DNA of 28,160 nt from a virus (IMGVR_UViG_3300032225_000931:1-28160), one strand, 5' to 3'. Counted from the stretch's first letter, positions 8,335-17,454 are shown. The notes: generated from the sequence alone by a model not told the origin. Program-made: numbers and translations.

Positions 8335-9601
8335 CCTAAAAGAATTTATTAAATCACTTGTACGCAAAAAATTAGGTGAAGAATCAGTATCAGCAGATGC
8401 TGGTGGGTATTCTACTCCATTTGCCTTTAAAAGTAAAAAGAAAGATAATAATAAATCTAAAGTATTAAATTATAAAAAATTATATCAAGAAAGCGATTAC
8501 GATAAAGCATCTATTTCATCTCAACCTAGCCCATATGATCAAGCAAGTGGATATACTGGTGTAGGTGGTGATAATCATCAAAATGGATATTATAAAGAAG
8601 CTATAAGTATAAACCACTATAAGTTAGGAAAAGATCCTAAACGTTTTATTCCTACTGAATTTGAATTTCCTGCATTTTTACTTAAACCAATTAATATAGG
8701 TAATACATCTAAAATATATTTTAAAATAGCTACTAGTGCTAAAGATGAATCAATATTAATGATTGATCCTTCAGTAGCAGTTGCATTAGACGCTGTTGAA
8801 AGAGGTAGAAGTTCATTTGATAAAGAAATAAATTTACCTGCTTTAACTAGATATATTAAAGAAAAAATCCCTACAGGAGCAAGAAGTTTAATTAAAAAAG
8901 CAGCTCAGGGAGCTAAAATAGGAGAAAATGGATTTATTGCTCTTCCATTAGTATTATCTAAATCTCCTGATCAAGGTACCTCTATAACTAATAATAAAGT
9001 TAGCATATCTGAAAAAGGTATAAATTTATTAAAAGCTATTAAAGCTAATCCTACTAAAGGTGAAGGTTTAGAAAATGAATTAGGATTTTTAGTATGGGTA
9101 TACAAACATCAAAATGGCACTCCTAAAGAATATGCTACGGATAATGGTGTATCTACTCAATTAGCTTCTAGATTAACAAACAAATCAGTAGCAAACGGTA
9201 CTATTAATATGGAAAAAGGAGAAACTGAAGAACCAACAGGCGATAATTGGTATATAAAAAATCCTTTTAGTGGTGGAGAATATAAAGACATTAATACTAA
9301 ACTATACGAATCAGTGAATACAATAGTTAAAGAAGAATTATTAAATGAAAGTTCATATAATAAATTTAAAAGAGAAGTAACATTTAGAACTAAATCTGAA
9401 CAATTACATAAAGCAATTCGTGAAGTAAAACGTAAATTAGCTGAAATTGATCGTATTGTTGAGTATACATCTCGTATGAAGCAAGAATTAAGTGAAGGTG
9501 AAGATGGTATTAAATATTGGAAAGCAACACAAAATAATGTTGCTAGAATATCTGAAATGATAAACCATCTAAATAACAAAATTAAAAATTTACAACAATA
9601 A
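8324..9601 (+). CDS. Putative head-internal multidomain protein with an embedded wHTH-like domain
   Basis: N-terminal LKEFIKSLVRKKLGE leader; 9005-9220 aligns with the ORF at 916; C-terminal coiled coil. Confidence 0.6.
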   Translation: MSSNLKEFIKSLVRKKLGEESVSADAGGYSTPFAFKSKKKDNNKSKVLNYKKLYQESDYDKASISSQPSPYDQASGYTGVGGDNHQNGYYKEAISINHYKLGKDPKRFIPTEFEFPAFLLKPINIGNTSKIYFKIATSAKDESILMIDPSVAVALDAVERGRSSFDKEINLPALTRYIKEKIPTGARSLIKKAAQGAKIGENGFIALPLVLSKSPDQGTSITNNKVSISEKGINLLKAIKANPTKGEGLENELGFLVWVYKHQNGTPKEYATDNGVSTQLASRLTNKSVANGTINMEKGETEEPTGDNWYIKNPFSGGEYKDINTKLYESVNTIVKEELLNESSYNKFKREVTFRTKSEQLHKAIREVKRKLAEIDRIVEYTSRMKQELSEGEDGIKYWKATQNNVARISEMINHLNNKIKNLQQ

Positions 9602-9620
9602 TAGCAAAAGCTAAATAAAT

Positions 9621-10568
9621 ATGAAAAGTATACAAAATCAATATCGTGATTTACAAGAAGGTAAAATGACACAGTTAAATTTCATGAGAAATGTACGTAT
9701 GACTTTACCTCAATACATCACTAACGTAACATCATTTAAAGACACAGTTAAAATCCTTACAAATAAGGGTATATTAAATGAAGCAATCATTATCAGTAAA
9801 ACAGATGCAGATGATGAAGGATGGGATGGTGCTTATGAAAAAACATTTGATACCTTTGATCCTAATGAAGAAAGTAATGATGCTGAATTTGATACTTTAA
9901 TTAAAAAAATTGAAGATGAAATGGCTGGTGAAGAAGCAGTTAAATCTCAATATGATGAAACATTAAATGAAGCTAAAGAAGCAATGCCTAAAGGTAACAG
10001 CGGTAAAGAATTATATAGTGAATTCGCTGAAGCTGATACTTTAAATCAACAAGAAATTATTACAGGTATTAATATGGAGCATGGATTAGCTCCTGAAAAA
10101 TCATACAGTGAAATTGCTAAATTAGTAATTAAGAATGTAAAAAAAGAACCTAATTACTATACAAATTGGAAATTGTCTGGTGTTGAAGGATATGAGCCTA
10201 AATACATGGATAATGTTAATCCTGATGATTATAGAATGAAATTCTTAGAAAAGGATAATTTGATTGACAAACCTAACGTAATGAAGCCTGTTAAAGGATT
10301 TGAAAAAGCTAAAGCATCTGCTAATAAGGCTAAAGCAGAAACTAATAGTACAGTAAAAGGAGTTGAAGAATTAGGAGTAACAGCTAAATCAACTCGTGGT
10401 GTTCAAAAAATGGACGCTACTGGTACTAAAATGAAGAAAATTGTAATGAAAGAAAATAACAATTTAACTAAAGAAGCCCTAATAGACATGATCCGTGAAA
10501 TCGTAGTTGAATCAGGAATTGATGGTGGTGACAACATGATTGATGATGAACAAACTTCAATGTATTAA
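9621..10568 (+). CDS. Hypothetical head-module protein, acidic, possibly with a DUF5661-like segment
   Basis: GINMEH...EIAKLVIKNVKKEPNYYT resembles the G...E.EH...EIA..HL.E.P.YY pattern; ILNE/TLNE sites. Confidence 0.55.
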   Translation: MKSIQNQYRDLQEGKMTQLNFMRNVRMTLPQYITNVTSFKDTVKILTNKGILNEAIIISKTDADDEGWDGAYEKTFDTFDPNEESNDAEFDTLIKKIEDEMAGEEAVKSQYDETLNEAKEAMPKGNSGKELYSEFAEADTLNQQEIITGINMEHGLAPEKSYSEIAKLVIKNVKKEPNYYTNWKLSGVEGYEPKYMDNVNPDDYRMKFLEKDNLIDKPNVMKPVKGFEKAKASANKAKAETNSTVKGVEELGVTAKSTRGVQKMDATGTKMKKIVMKENNNLTKEALIDMIREIVVESGIDGGDNMIDDEQTSMY

Positions 10569-10574
10569 TACAAT

Positions 10575-11195
10575 ATGAAAGAATTATTAATTGACCATAT
10601 TCCCTTTCAAATAGCTAAACTTACATTATCTGAGTCCAAAGGGATTCCTAATGGAAGAATGCGCATCAAGGGTAAATTACAAGAATCAGACGTAAAAAAT
10701 GGTAATGGTCGTGTGTATCCTAAAGAAGTATTGGAACGTGAAGCTAAAAAATATGCTGAAGGACCAATTTCTGATAATACTGCATTAGGCGAATTAGACC
10801 ACCCAGAATCATCAATCGTTAACTTAAATAACGTATCACACAATATTAAACGTATTTGGTGGGAAGGTAATGACTTAATGGGTGAATTAGAATTATTAAA
10901 CACACCATCAGGTAAAATTGCTCAAGAAATCATATCAGCAGGGATACCATTAGGTATATCATCCCGCGGTATGGGTTCAGTACAACAAATTGGTGAAACC
11001 GTTGAGGTACAAGACGATTTTGAATTATTATGTTGGGATTTGGTATCAGTACCATCTACACCCGGTGCATATATGAAGAAATTATCTGAAGGTAAACAAG
11101 TACAAACCGAATCAACTGGTAAAGATTATAGTAAAATAAATAGCTTATTAACAGAAATTATCTGTAGCCACACAGGAGTTTGTCCTCTTTGTTAG
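10575..11195 (+). CDS. Prohead core protease (T4 gp21-like)
   Basis: NGNGRVYP, ALGELDHP (catalytic His), GISSRGMG (catalytic Ser), WDLVSVPS. Confidence 0.93.
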   Translation: MKELLIDHIPFQIAKLTLSESKGIPNGRMRIKGKLQESDVKNGNGRVYPKEVLEREAKKYAEGPISDNTALGELDHPESSIVNLNNVSHNIKRIWWEGNDLMGELELLNTPSGKIAQEIISAGIPLGISSRGMGSVQQIGETVEVQDDFELLCWDLVSVPSTPGAYMKKLSEGKQVQTESTGKDYSKINSLLTEIICSHTGVCPLC

Positions 11196-11222
11196 ACAAT
11201 TCGCGTTTTTACATATCTACAT

Positions 11223-11230
11223 ATATTTAT
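11223..11230 (+). promoter_or_regulatory. Putative late promoter box ATATTTAT
   Basis: Exact 8-mer heading the ~120-nt leader of the scaffold-capsid genes. Confidence 0.65.
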
Positions 11231-11347
11231 GGATAGCCTATAATAGCTATCCATTTTTATCCCCATGATAGCTTGGTATTATTACAAATCCCCATTAAGC
11301 TTCTTAATAAGCTTATTTCCGCAATTAAATTTAAGGAGAAACACAAA

Positions 11348-12379
11348 ATGAGTACAAACAAAAATTTGTTCAAAGAAGCTATCGCTGACGCTAAAGCCGT
11401 TCGTGAAGCCGCACTTGAAAATGCTAGAGCAGCATTACATGAAGCTCTTACCCCTCAACTTCAAGCTATGTTATCTACAAAGTTACAAGAAATGGAAAAA
11501 GAAGAAGACCTAGAAGAAAATTTTCTTAGTTCACACGAAGATTCTGAAGGTGTAAATCTTGATTTTAATCTTGAAGAAGAAGATGGCCTAGAAGAAGATT
11601 TTGATTTATCTGAAATCCTAGCTGAATTAGGTGAAGATGAAAAACTTGATGAAGCTAAAGAAGAAGATGAAGAAAAACTTGATGAAGCTAAAGAAGAAGA
11701 AGATGAAGCTATGTATGAAGCTAAAGAAGAAGAAGCTGAAGGCGAAGACGAAGTTGGCAAAATGTCAGTTGACGCTTTAAAAGATCTTATCACATCTATT
11801 ATTCACGGTGAACTTGAGCATGAAGAAGAAGAAACTCCTGCTGATGAAGCTGGTGAAGAAATGGGTATGGAAGATGGCGAAGAAGCTGGTGAAGAAGAAG
11901 AGATTAACTTAGATGAATTACTTGCTGAATTAGACGCTTTAGATGAAACTGAAGAAGAAGATGAAAATATGCAGTATGAAGCTAAGAAAAAATTAGTTAA
12001 AAAAGAAAAAGACGAAAAAGACAAAAAAGACGAAATGAAAGAAGCTGTTGATACTATCAATACTCTTCGTAACGAATTAAACGAAGTAAACTTACTAAAC
12101 GCTAAGTTACTTTATGTTAATAAAATCTTTAAAGCTAAAAACTTAACTGAATCTCAAAAACTAAAGGTTATTGCGTCATTTGATAAAGCAACAAATGTTA
12201 AAGAAGCTAAAATAGTATTTGAATCATTAAACAATGCTATTGCAACTCCAGCTAAAAAGACGATTAAAGAATCTTTAGGATTCGCGTCTAAAGCAGCAGG
12301 TGTAGCTCCAAACAGAACAATTGTTGAATCAAACGATGTAATTTCTCGTATGCAAAAACTTGCAAACATTATTAAATAA
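11348..12379 (+). CDS. Prohead scaffold/core protein (T4 gp22-like)
   Basis: Very acidic coiled-coil protein between protease and MCP with many L-x-E sites; start set at ATG 11348, preceded by AAGGAG at 11333-11338. Confidence 0.8.
   Translation: MSTNKNLFKEAIADAKAVREAALENARAALHEALTPQLQAMLSTKLQEMEKEEDLEENFLSSHEDSEGVNLDFNLEEEDGLEEDFDLSEILAELGEDEKLDEAKEEDEEKLDEAKEEEDEAMYEAKEEEAEGEDEVGKMSVDALKDLITSIIHGELEHEEEETPADEAGEEMGMEDGEEAGEEEEINLDELLAELDALDETEEEDENMQYEAKKKLVKKEKDEKDKKDEMKEAVDTINTLRNELNEVNLLNAKLLYVNKIFKAKNLTESQKLKVIASFDKATNVKEAKIVFESLNNAIATPAKKTIKESLGFASKAAGVAPNRTIVESNDVISRMQKLANIIK
11639..11734 (+). repeat. In-frame tandem repeat EKLDEAKEE(D/E) x2 plus degenerate AMYEAKEEE
   Basis: GAAAAACTTGATGAAGCTAAAGAAGAAGA starts at both 11639 and 11672. 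Confidence 0.85.
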
Positions 12380-12402
12380 AATTAAAACAAAAATCGTTTA
12401 AA

Positions 12403-14061
12403 ATGAACGTACAACAATTATTAGAATCATCCAATCAATATAAAGTGATTGCTGATGATGCAAAAAAGCTTAGTTCCAAGTGGATTAAGTCTGGCCTTTT
12501 AGAGGGCATTAAGGGTGAAAATGACAAGAACACAATGGCTATGTTGCTTGAGAATCAAGCTAAGCAGTTAGTAACTGAAGCTTCAGTTTCTGGTGGTACT
12601 ACATCTCAATCAGGTGGTGGTTACTCTTCAGAGAACTGGGCTGGTGTTGCTTTACCATTAGTTCGTCGTGTATTTGGTGAAATCGCAGCAAAAGAATTCG
12701 TAAGCGTACAACCAATGAATTTACCTTCTGGTCTTGTATTTTATTTGGATTTCAAATATGGTACAAATGATGCTCCTTTCCGTGCTGGTGACTCTTTATA
12801 CAGTGCTAACCCAACAACAAACGTAACTGATATCAATGGTACAGCTTCTTTATATAGAGCAGGCCGTTTCAGCTACGCAATAAACCAATATACAGCTTCT
12901 GGTTTATATGGTGCTACAGGTTCTGGTGCTGCTTTAGGTATTCCTACTTTAGCTCAGATCAACTATGATTCTAGCTACGCAACTGCTAGTTTAAAAACCC
13001 TTATTGTAACTGCTAGTGCAATTACTGCTTCTATGGATACTAACGCAATTAGATCTTTCGTAGTAGCTTCAGGTTCTGTAATTTCAGCTTCTGATATCTT
13101 ACAACAATTCACTACTTACAATAACACAAACGGTACATTTACATTTATCTTAACTGGTTCTTCAGCTACTAACTTGTTAACTGCAAGTGCTGCTGGTTAT
13201 ACTATTTACTATGGTGTACAACCTTCTCCACAAAACAGAGGTGATTTTGAAGATACTTTCGGTGGTACTACAAACGCTGGTGGTGCATCAGTTGCTGGAG
13301 CAGTTCAACCAATTGTTATCCCAGAAATTAACGTTCAATTAAAATCTGAACCAATTGTTGCTAAAACAATGAAATTGAAAGCACAATGGACTCCAGAATT
13401 CGCTCAAGATCTTAACGCTTACCATAGTGTTGATGCTGAAGCTGAATTGACTGGTATCTTATCTCAATATATCTCTATGGAGATTGATTTAGAGATCTTA
13501 GATATGTTAATCCAAAACGCGTTTACAGTTGATTATTGGTCAGCTAGTAACAACACTGTTTGGAATGGTTCAGCTTTCGTTGCTGCAGGTAGTAACTTCT
13601 ACAACACACAAGGTGGTTGGTTCCAAACTTTAGGTACAAAATTACAAAAAGTATCTAACAAGATCCATCAGTTATCTTTAAGAGGTGGTGCTAATTTCTT
13701 AGTATGTTCTCCTACGATCGCAACTGTATTAGAATCAATCCCAGGATTTGCTTCTGACGGTGATGGTGAGAAATTTGAGTTCAACTTCGGTATCCAAAAA
13801 GTAGGTTCATTAAACAGCCGTTACAAGGTTTATAAAAACCCGTACATGACTGAGAACGTAATCTTAATGGGTTACAAAGGTGCTCAATTCTTAGAGTGTG
13901 GTGCTGTATTTGCTCCATATGTTCCATTGATCATGACTCCATTGTTATACGATCCGGCTACATTCACTCCACGTAAAGGTCTTATGACTCGTTACGCGAA
14001 GAAAATGATCCGTCCTGATTACTATGGTAAGATCTATGTTACTGGTTTAGAGACTATCTAA
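12403..14061 (+). CDS. Major capsid protein (T4 gp23-like)
   Basis: LPLVRRVF, VSVQPMNLPSGLVFYL, KLKAQWTPEFAQDLNAYH, APYVPL, TFTPRKGLMTRY motifs. Confidence 0.96.
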   Translation: MNVQQLLESSNQYKVIADDAKKLSSKWIKSGLLEGIKGENDKNTMAMLLENQAKQLVTEASVSGGTTSQSGGGYSSENWAGVALPLVRRVFGEIAAKEFVSVQPMNLPSGLVFYLDFKYGTNDAPFRAGDSLYSANPTTNVTDINGTASLYRAGRFSYAINQYTASGLYGATGSGAALGIPTLAQINYDSSYATASLKTLIVTASAITASMDTNAIRSFVVASGSVISASDILQQFTTYNNTNGTFTFILTGSSATNLLTASAAGYTIYYGVQPSPQNRGDFEDTFGGTTNAGGASVAGAVQPIVIPEINVQLKSEPIVAKTMKLKAQWTPEFAQDLNAYHSVDAEAELTGILSQYISMEIDLEILDMLIQNAFTVDYWSASNNTVWNGSAFVAAGSNFYNTQGGWFQTLGTKLQKVSNKIHQLSLRGGANFLVCSPTIATVLESIPGFASDGDGEKFEFNFGIQKVGSLNSRYKVYKNPYMTENVILMGYKGAQFLECGAVFAPYVPLIMTPLLYDPATFTPRKGLMTRYAKKMIRPDYYGKIYVTGLETI

Positions 14062-14100
14062 TCCTAGACAAATAAATTAGCCCCGTAAGGCTTTAAAATT

Positions 14101-14129
14101 GACCGGACTTTGATAGTCCGGTCTTTTTT
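14101..14129 (+). terminator. Rho-independent terminator after MCP
   Basis: GACCGGACT-ttgat-AGTCCGGTC followed by T6. Confidence 0.9.
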
Positions 14130-14132
14130 ATT

Positions 14133-14140
14133 ATATTTAT
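14133..14140 (+). promoter_or_regulatory. Putative late promoter box ATATTTAT
   Basis: Exact 8-mer just after the terminator, 19 nt before ATG 14160. Confidence 0.65.
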
Positions 14141-14159
14141 ATAAAACAAATCGTTATAT

Positions 14160-14828
14160 ATGCGTGAAGCCAACCGCGAAAGAAAAGGTGAAATTAAGTC
14201 TATAAGCGCTGTTCAATTAAATGAAGAACAAAAAGAAGCCAAAAGGTTAATAGTAGAAAATCAAATCGTAGTAATTACAGGTAGAGCAGGTAGTGGTAAG
14301 TCATTAGTATGTGCTCAAGCCGCATTAGATTTCCTTAAGAAAAAACAAATTGATTGTATTTACAATACAAGAGCCGCCATTGAGGTTGGTAAAAGTTTGG
14401 GGTTTTTACCTGGAGCCTTAAATGAAAAATTTGATCCATATATGGAAGCATTGTTAGAAAATCTAGCTAAATGCTGCTCAGATAAAAATGAAATAGATAA
14501 ATTAGTACAGGACGAAAAAATTAAAGCACTACCCGTTCAGTTTATCCGTGGTAAAACAGTTGATGATATATTAATAGTTGAGGAAGCACAAAATCTAACT
14601 AGAGGTGAAATGCTAGCTATATTAACACGCTTAGGTAAAAATGGTAAAATTGTTATTAACGGTGACAATGAACAAACCGATATTAAATCGTCAACGGGCG
14701 AAATAAACGGCTTAAATTACGTTATCGAATTATCCAAAAAAATTGAAGAAATTAAGTGGATTAAGTTGGCTACTAACCATAGATCCGATTTAGTTGGCAA
14801 AATACTTGACTACGAATACGGAAAATAA
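14160..14828 (+). CDS. phoH: PhoH-family ATPase
   Basis: GRAGSGKS Walker A, LGFLPG..EKFDPY, FIRGKT, IVEEAQN, LTRLG, GDNEQTD, HRSDLV. Confidence 0.92.
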   Translation: MREANRERKGEIKSISAVQLNEEQKEAKRLIVENQIVVITGRAGSGKSLVCAQAALDFLKKKQIDCIYNTRAAIEVGKSLGFLPGALNEKFDPYMEALLENLAKCCSDKNEIDKLVQDEKIKALPVQFIRGKTVDDILIVEEAQNLTRGEMLAILTRLGKNGKIVINGDNEQTDIKSSTGEINGLNYVIELSKKIEEIKWIKLATNHRSDLVGKILDYEYGK

Positions 14829-14830
14829 TT

Positions 14831-14838
14831 ATATTTAT
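14831..14838 (+). promoter_or_regulatory. Putative late promoter box ATATTTAT
   Basis: Exact 8-mer 23 nt before ATG 14862. Confidence 0.65.
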
Positions 14839-14861
14839 ACGTGTTAAATACTAGTTAAATA

Positions 14862-16880
14862 ATGGCAATCAACTTAAAAGATCTATATGACGTATACAAT
14901 GGCGATCCGTCCAAACTTACCCCAATAAAAGGTAATACTCCATTTGAATATTACACAAACGATCCAGAATTTACCAATGATTCTTTAAGCATTGTGCGAT
15001 TTATAGCTCAACGTTTAGGAGTTACAGGTACTACATATAATTTTAATACACAACAATACGCAGGTAGTCCTGGTACTATAAACATTACTGATTTAACAGT
15101 ATATGCTGCATTTGAAGAAGCCGTTACCACATATGGTAATATGGTTTATCAATACAAAATTAGAGACAGTTATATTAATATGGAAGGCTCTGATACCTTA
15201 CCATTTATAAATAACACTATTACATATGTTAATAGTATTGATATTGGCTTACCAGTAACATGGTCAGCAGCTAGACCAGCAACTTGGTCTGAAATCAATA
15301 ATGAGGCTTCATTATCTTCATCTATAGCAAATGGACAAATATATGCTATATCTGCTTCAATATTTAATTTTATTGAGCCTGATTCTAACTTTATTAAATC
15401 ATTTACTTTAGCAGATAACTATACTACTGGATCTAGTAGTTATAACTTAAGTTCATATGTTTATAATCAATATAATCAAATAGCTGGACCTACTGTAGTA
15501 ACTCCTTATTACAATGTAGCTAGTTCTTCATTTAATTTTTCTGCATATACAAGTAGTAATAGTACCTTTTCTATTACCGGTAGTAATAATATAGCTATAA
15601 AATTTATTGTTACTTCATCTGCAACACAAACAGATACTGCATTAACTCTTTATATAACAACTGGAAGTACAGGTAATGCTACTGCTAATAATATTGCTAA
15701 TAAAATTACTAATATTTCTTATGGTACATTTGGAACATTGTTATTAACAACAACAGGATCAACATTACCTGCAACATTAAGTTTTACATCTTCCCTATCA
15801 TATTATAATACATCTAACTTTAATATTAACGCAACCCAATTATTTACAAATGTAACCTCAGGTTCAATAACTACTGTTTCATCTGGTAGCTCACACATAT
15901 ATTTTTATACTACAAATCCTAATATAGCAGGAGGATCATCATTATTTGGAACAGGATCTATACCAACAGTATACATTCAATCTACTTTAAAACCAGCATT
16001 AAATAATAAATTATTAAGTAATAACTTAACAACTATTACTTCTCGTATTTCTGAAGATTATGGTGCTGAAGCAAATGTAGGAGGTAGTTATGATGTAAAA
16101 AAAGGATATATTACAATGCAAGCAGGTGTTCAAGATTATGATTTAAACGCTTGGGCTGCTGCTTCTGCCTCATTAACACAAGGAGATAGTATTGAAGTAC
16201 GCAAAGTATTTTTTGAACAATCACCTGCTATTGTAAGATACTTTGACCCATATGCCGGTACAGGTACAGGTATGCAATCATTACTTGAAACATTTGGTTT
16301 TGGTCAAATGTCTCCTGGTATTAACTTCTTATTAATGCCTATATTTTTTGACGTAATGAAAGTTCAAGCAATTGAATTAAACGACCAAATTAGAAAGGCA
16401 GCATATTCATTTGATTTAAGAAATAACCAATTAAAAATATTCCCTATACCTACGGGAGCAACAAGTGGTTTACCAATGTATTTTGAATATATTACTATGA
16501 GTCAAAAATCTCAAATAGTAAGAGATACTAGACCAAATGTAGTAACAGATATAATGAATGTACCTTATAGGAACCCAATATATTCTAATATTAATACTGT
16601 AGGTAGAACTTGGATATTTAAATATTGTTTAGCAATTTGTAGAGAAATTGAAGCACACATTCGCATACAGTTTTCAAACACAAATATACAAAGTATTGGT
16701 GCTTTAAATGGTAGTGAATTAATTACTGATGCTAGAACAGAAAAAGAAAATTTAGTAAATGAACTAAAGGAAATGTTAAATGAAGTATCTCGTAGAGGTC
16801 AATTAGAGCGTAAGCAACAAGAAGCAACATTTACACGCGATACACTAGCAAATATTCCTTTAAACATATATATATTATAA
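14862..16880 (+). CDS. Neck / head-tail adaptor protein (T4 gp13-like) with a large Ser/Thr-rich insertion
   Basis: Position after MCP; AAFEEAVTTY, NNQLKIFPIP, WIFKYCLA, LNGSELI...EKENL motifs reminiscent of gp13-like adaptors. Confidence 0.65.
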   Translation: MAINLKDLYDVYNGDPSKLTPIKGNTPFEYYTNDPEFTNDSLSIVRFIAQRLGVTGTTYNFNTQQYAGSPGTINITDLTVYAAFEEAVTTYGNMVYQYKIRDSYINMEGSDTLPFINNTITYVNSIDIGLPVTWSAARPATWSEINNEASLSSSIANGQIYAISASIFNFIEPDSNFIKSFTLADNYTTGSSSYNLSSYVYNQYNQIAGPTVVTPYYNVASSSFNFSAYTSSNSTFSITGSNNIAIKFIVTSSATQTDTALTLYITTGSTGNATANNIANKITNISYGTFGTLLLTTTGSTLPATLSFTSSLSYYNTSNFNINATQLFTNVTSGSITTVSSGSSHIYFYTTNPNIAGGSSLFGTGSIPTVYIQSTLKPALNNKLLSNNLTTITSRISEDYGAEANVGGSYDVKKGYITMQAGVQDYDLNAWAAASASLTQGDSIEVRKVFFEQSPAIVRYFDPYAGTGTGMQSLLETFGFGQMSPGINFLLMPIFFDVMKVQAIELNDQIRKAAYSFDLRNNQLKIFPIPTGATSGLPMYFEYITMSQKSQIVRDTRPNVVTDIMNVPYRNPIYSNINTVGRTWIFKYCLAICREIEAHIRIQFSNTNIQSIGALNGSELITDARTEKENLVNELKEMLNEVSRRGQLERKQQEATFTRDTLANIPLNIYIL

Positions 16881-16881
16881 T

Positions 16882-17454
16882 ATGACTTGGTCTAGAAAAG
16901 GTCTTATTGTGAACGTACCTACATCACAATCATTTGCTTTAGCTACACCTTCTATAAGTAGCTCTATAGGTGGTGGATTTGGAAGTGGAGGTTCAACTGG
17001 GGGTGAAGTAGGAAATAACATAAATAGTACAGTAATGTTCTCCAATATGGAGGTAAAGTACTTTAAGATTAATCTTGAATATACTAAAGCTAACATTTAT
17101 GGGGAGGCAATAGAAAAATGGTATTATCCCGCTAATCAAGTAAAATGTTTAATTGAGCGAGGTACTACAACAAATAGAGATGACGAGTTTGGTATTCATA
17201 CTGATCAAGATTTGACTATTTCTATACCTAGAGACTATGCTCAATTATATAATTTACTACCAGAAGTTGGTGACATTGTGATGGATAGAGAAAGATACTA
17301 TGAAATAAGCAATGTAGATAATATATTTGGAACCATATCAGGTGCTAGAACGCCCAATGGTATTCAAGGAACAAATGGACAAGTATTAATGTATGTACTA
17401 AAAGCATATTTAACAAAAGTAACAAAACTTAACTTAATAGAATATTATCAATGA
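16882..17454 (+). CDS. Head completion / neck protein (T4 gp14-like)
   Basis: NIYGEAIEKWY and LPEVGDIV...YYEI motifs; follows the gp13-like gene. Confidence 0.6.
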   Translation: MTWSRKGLIVNVPTSQSFALATPSISSSIGGGFGSGGSTGGEVGNNINSTVMFSNMEVKYFKINLEYTKANIYGEAIEKWYYPANQVKCLIERGTTTNRDDEFGIHTDQDLTISIPRDYAQLYNLLPEVGDIVMDRERYYEISNVDNIFGTISGARTPNGIQGTNGQVLMYVLKAYLTKVTKLNLIEYYQ

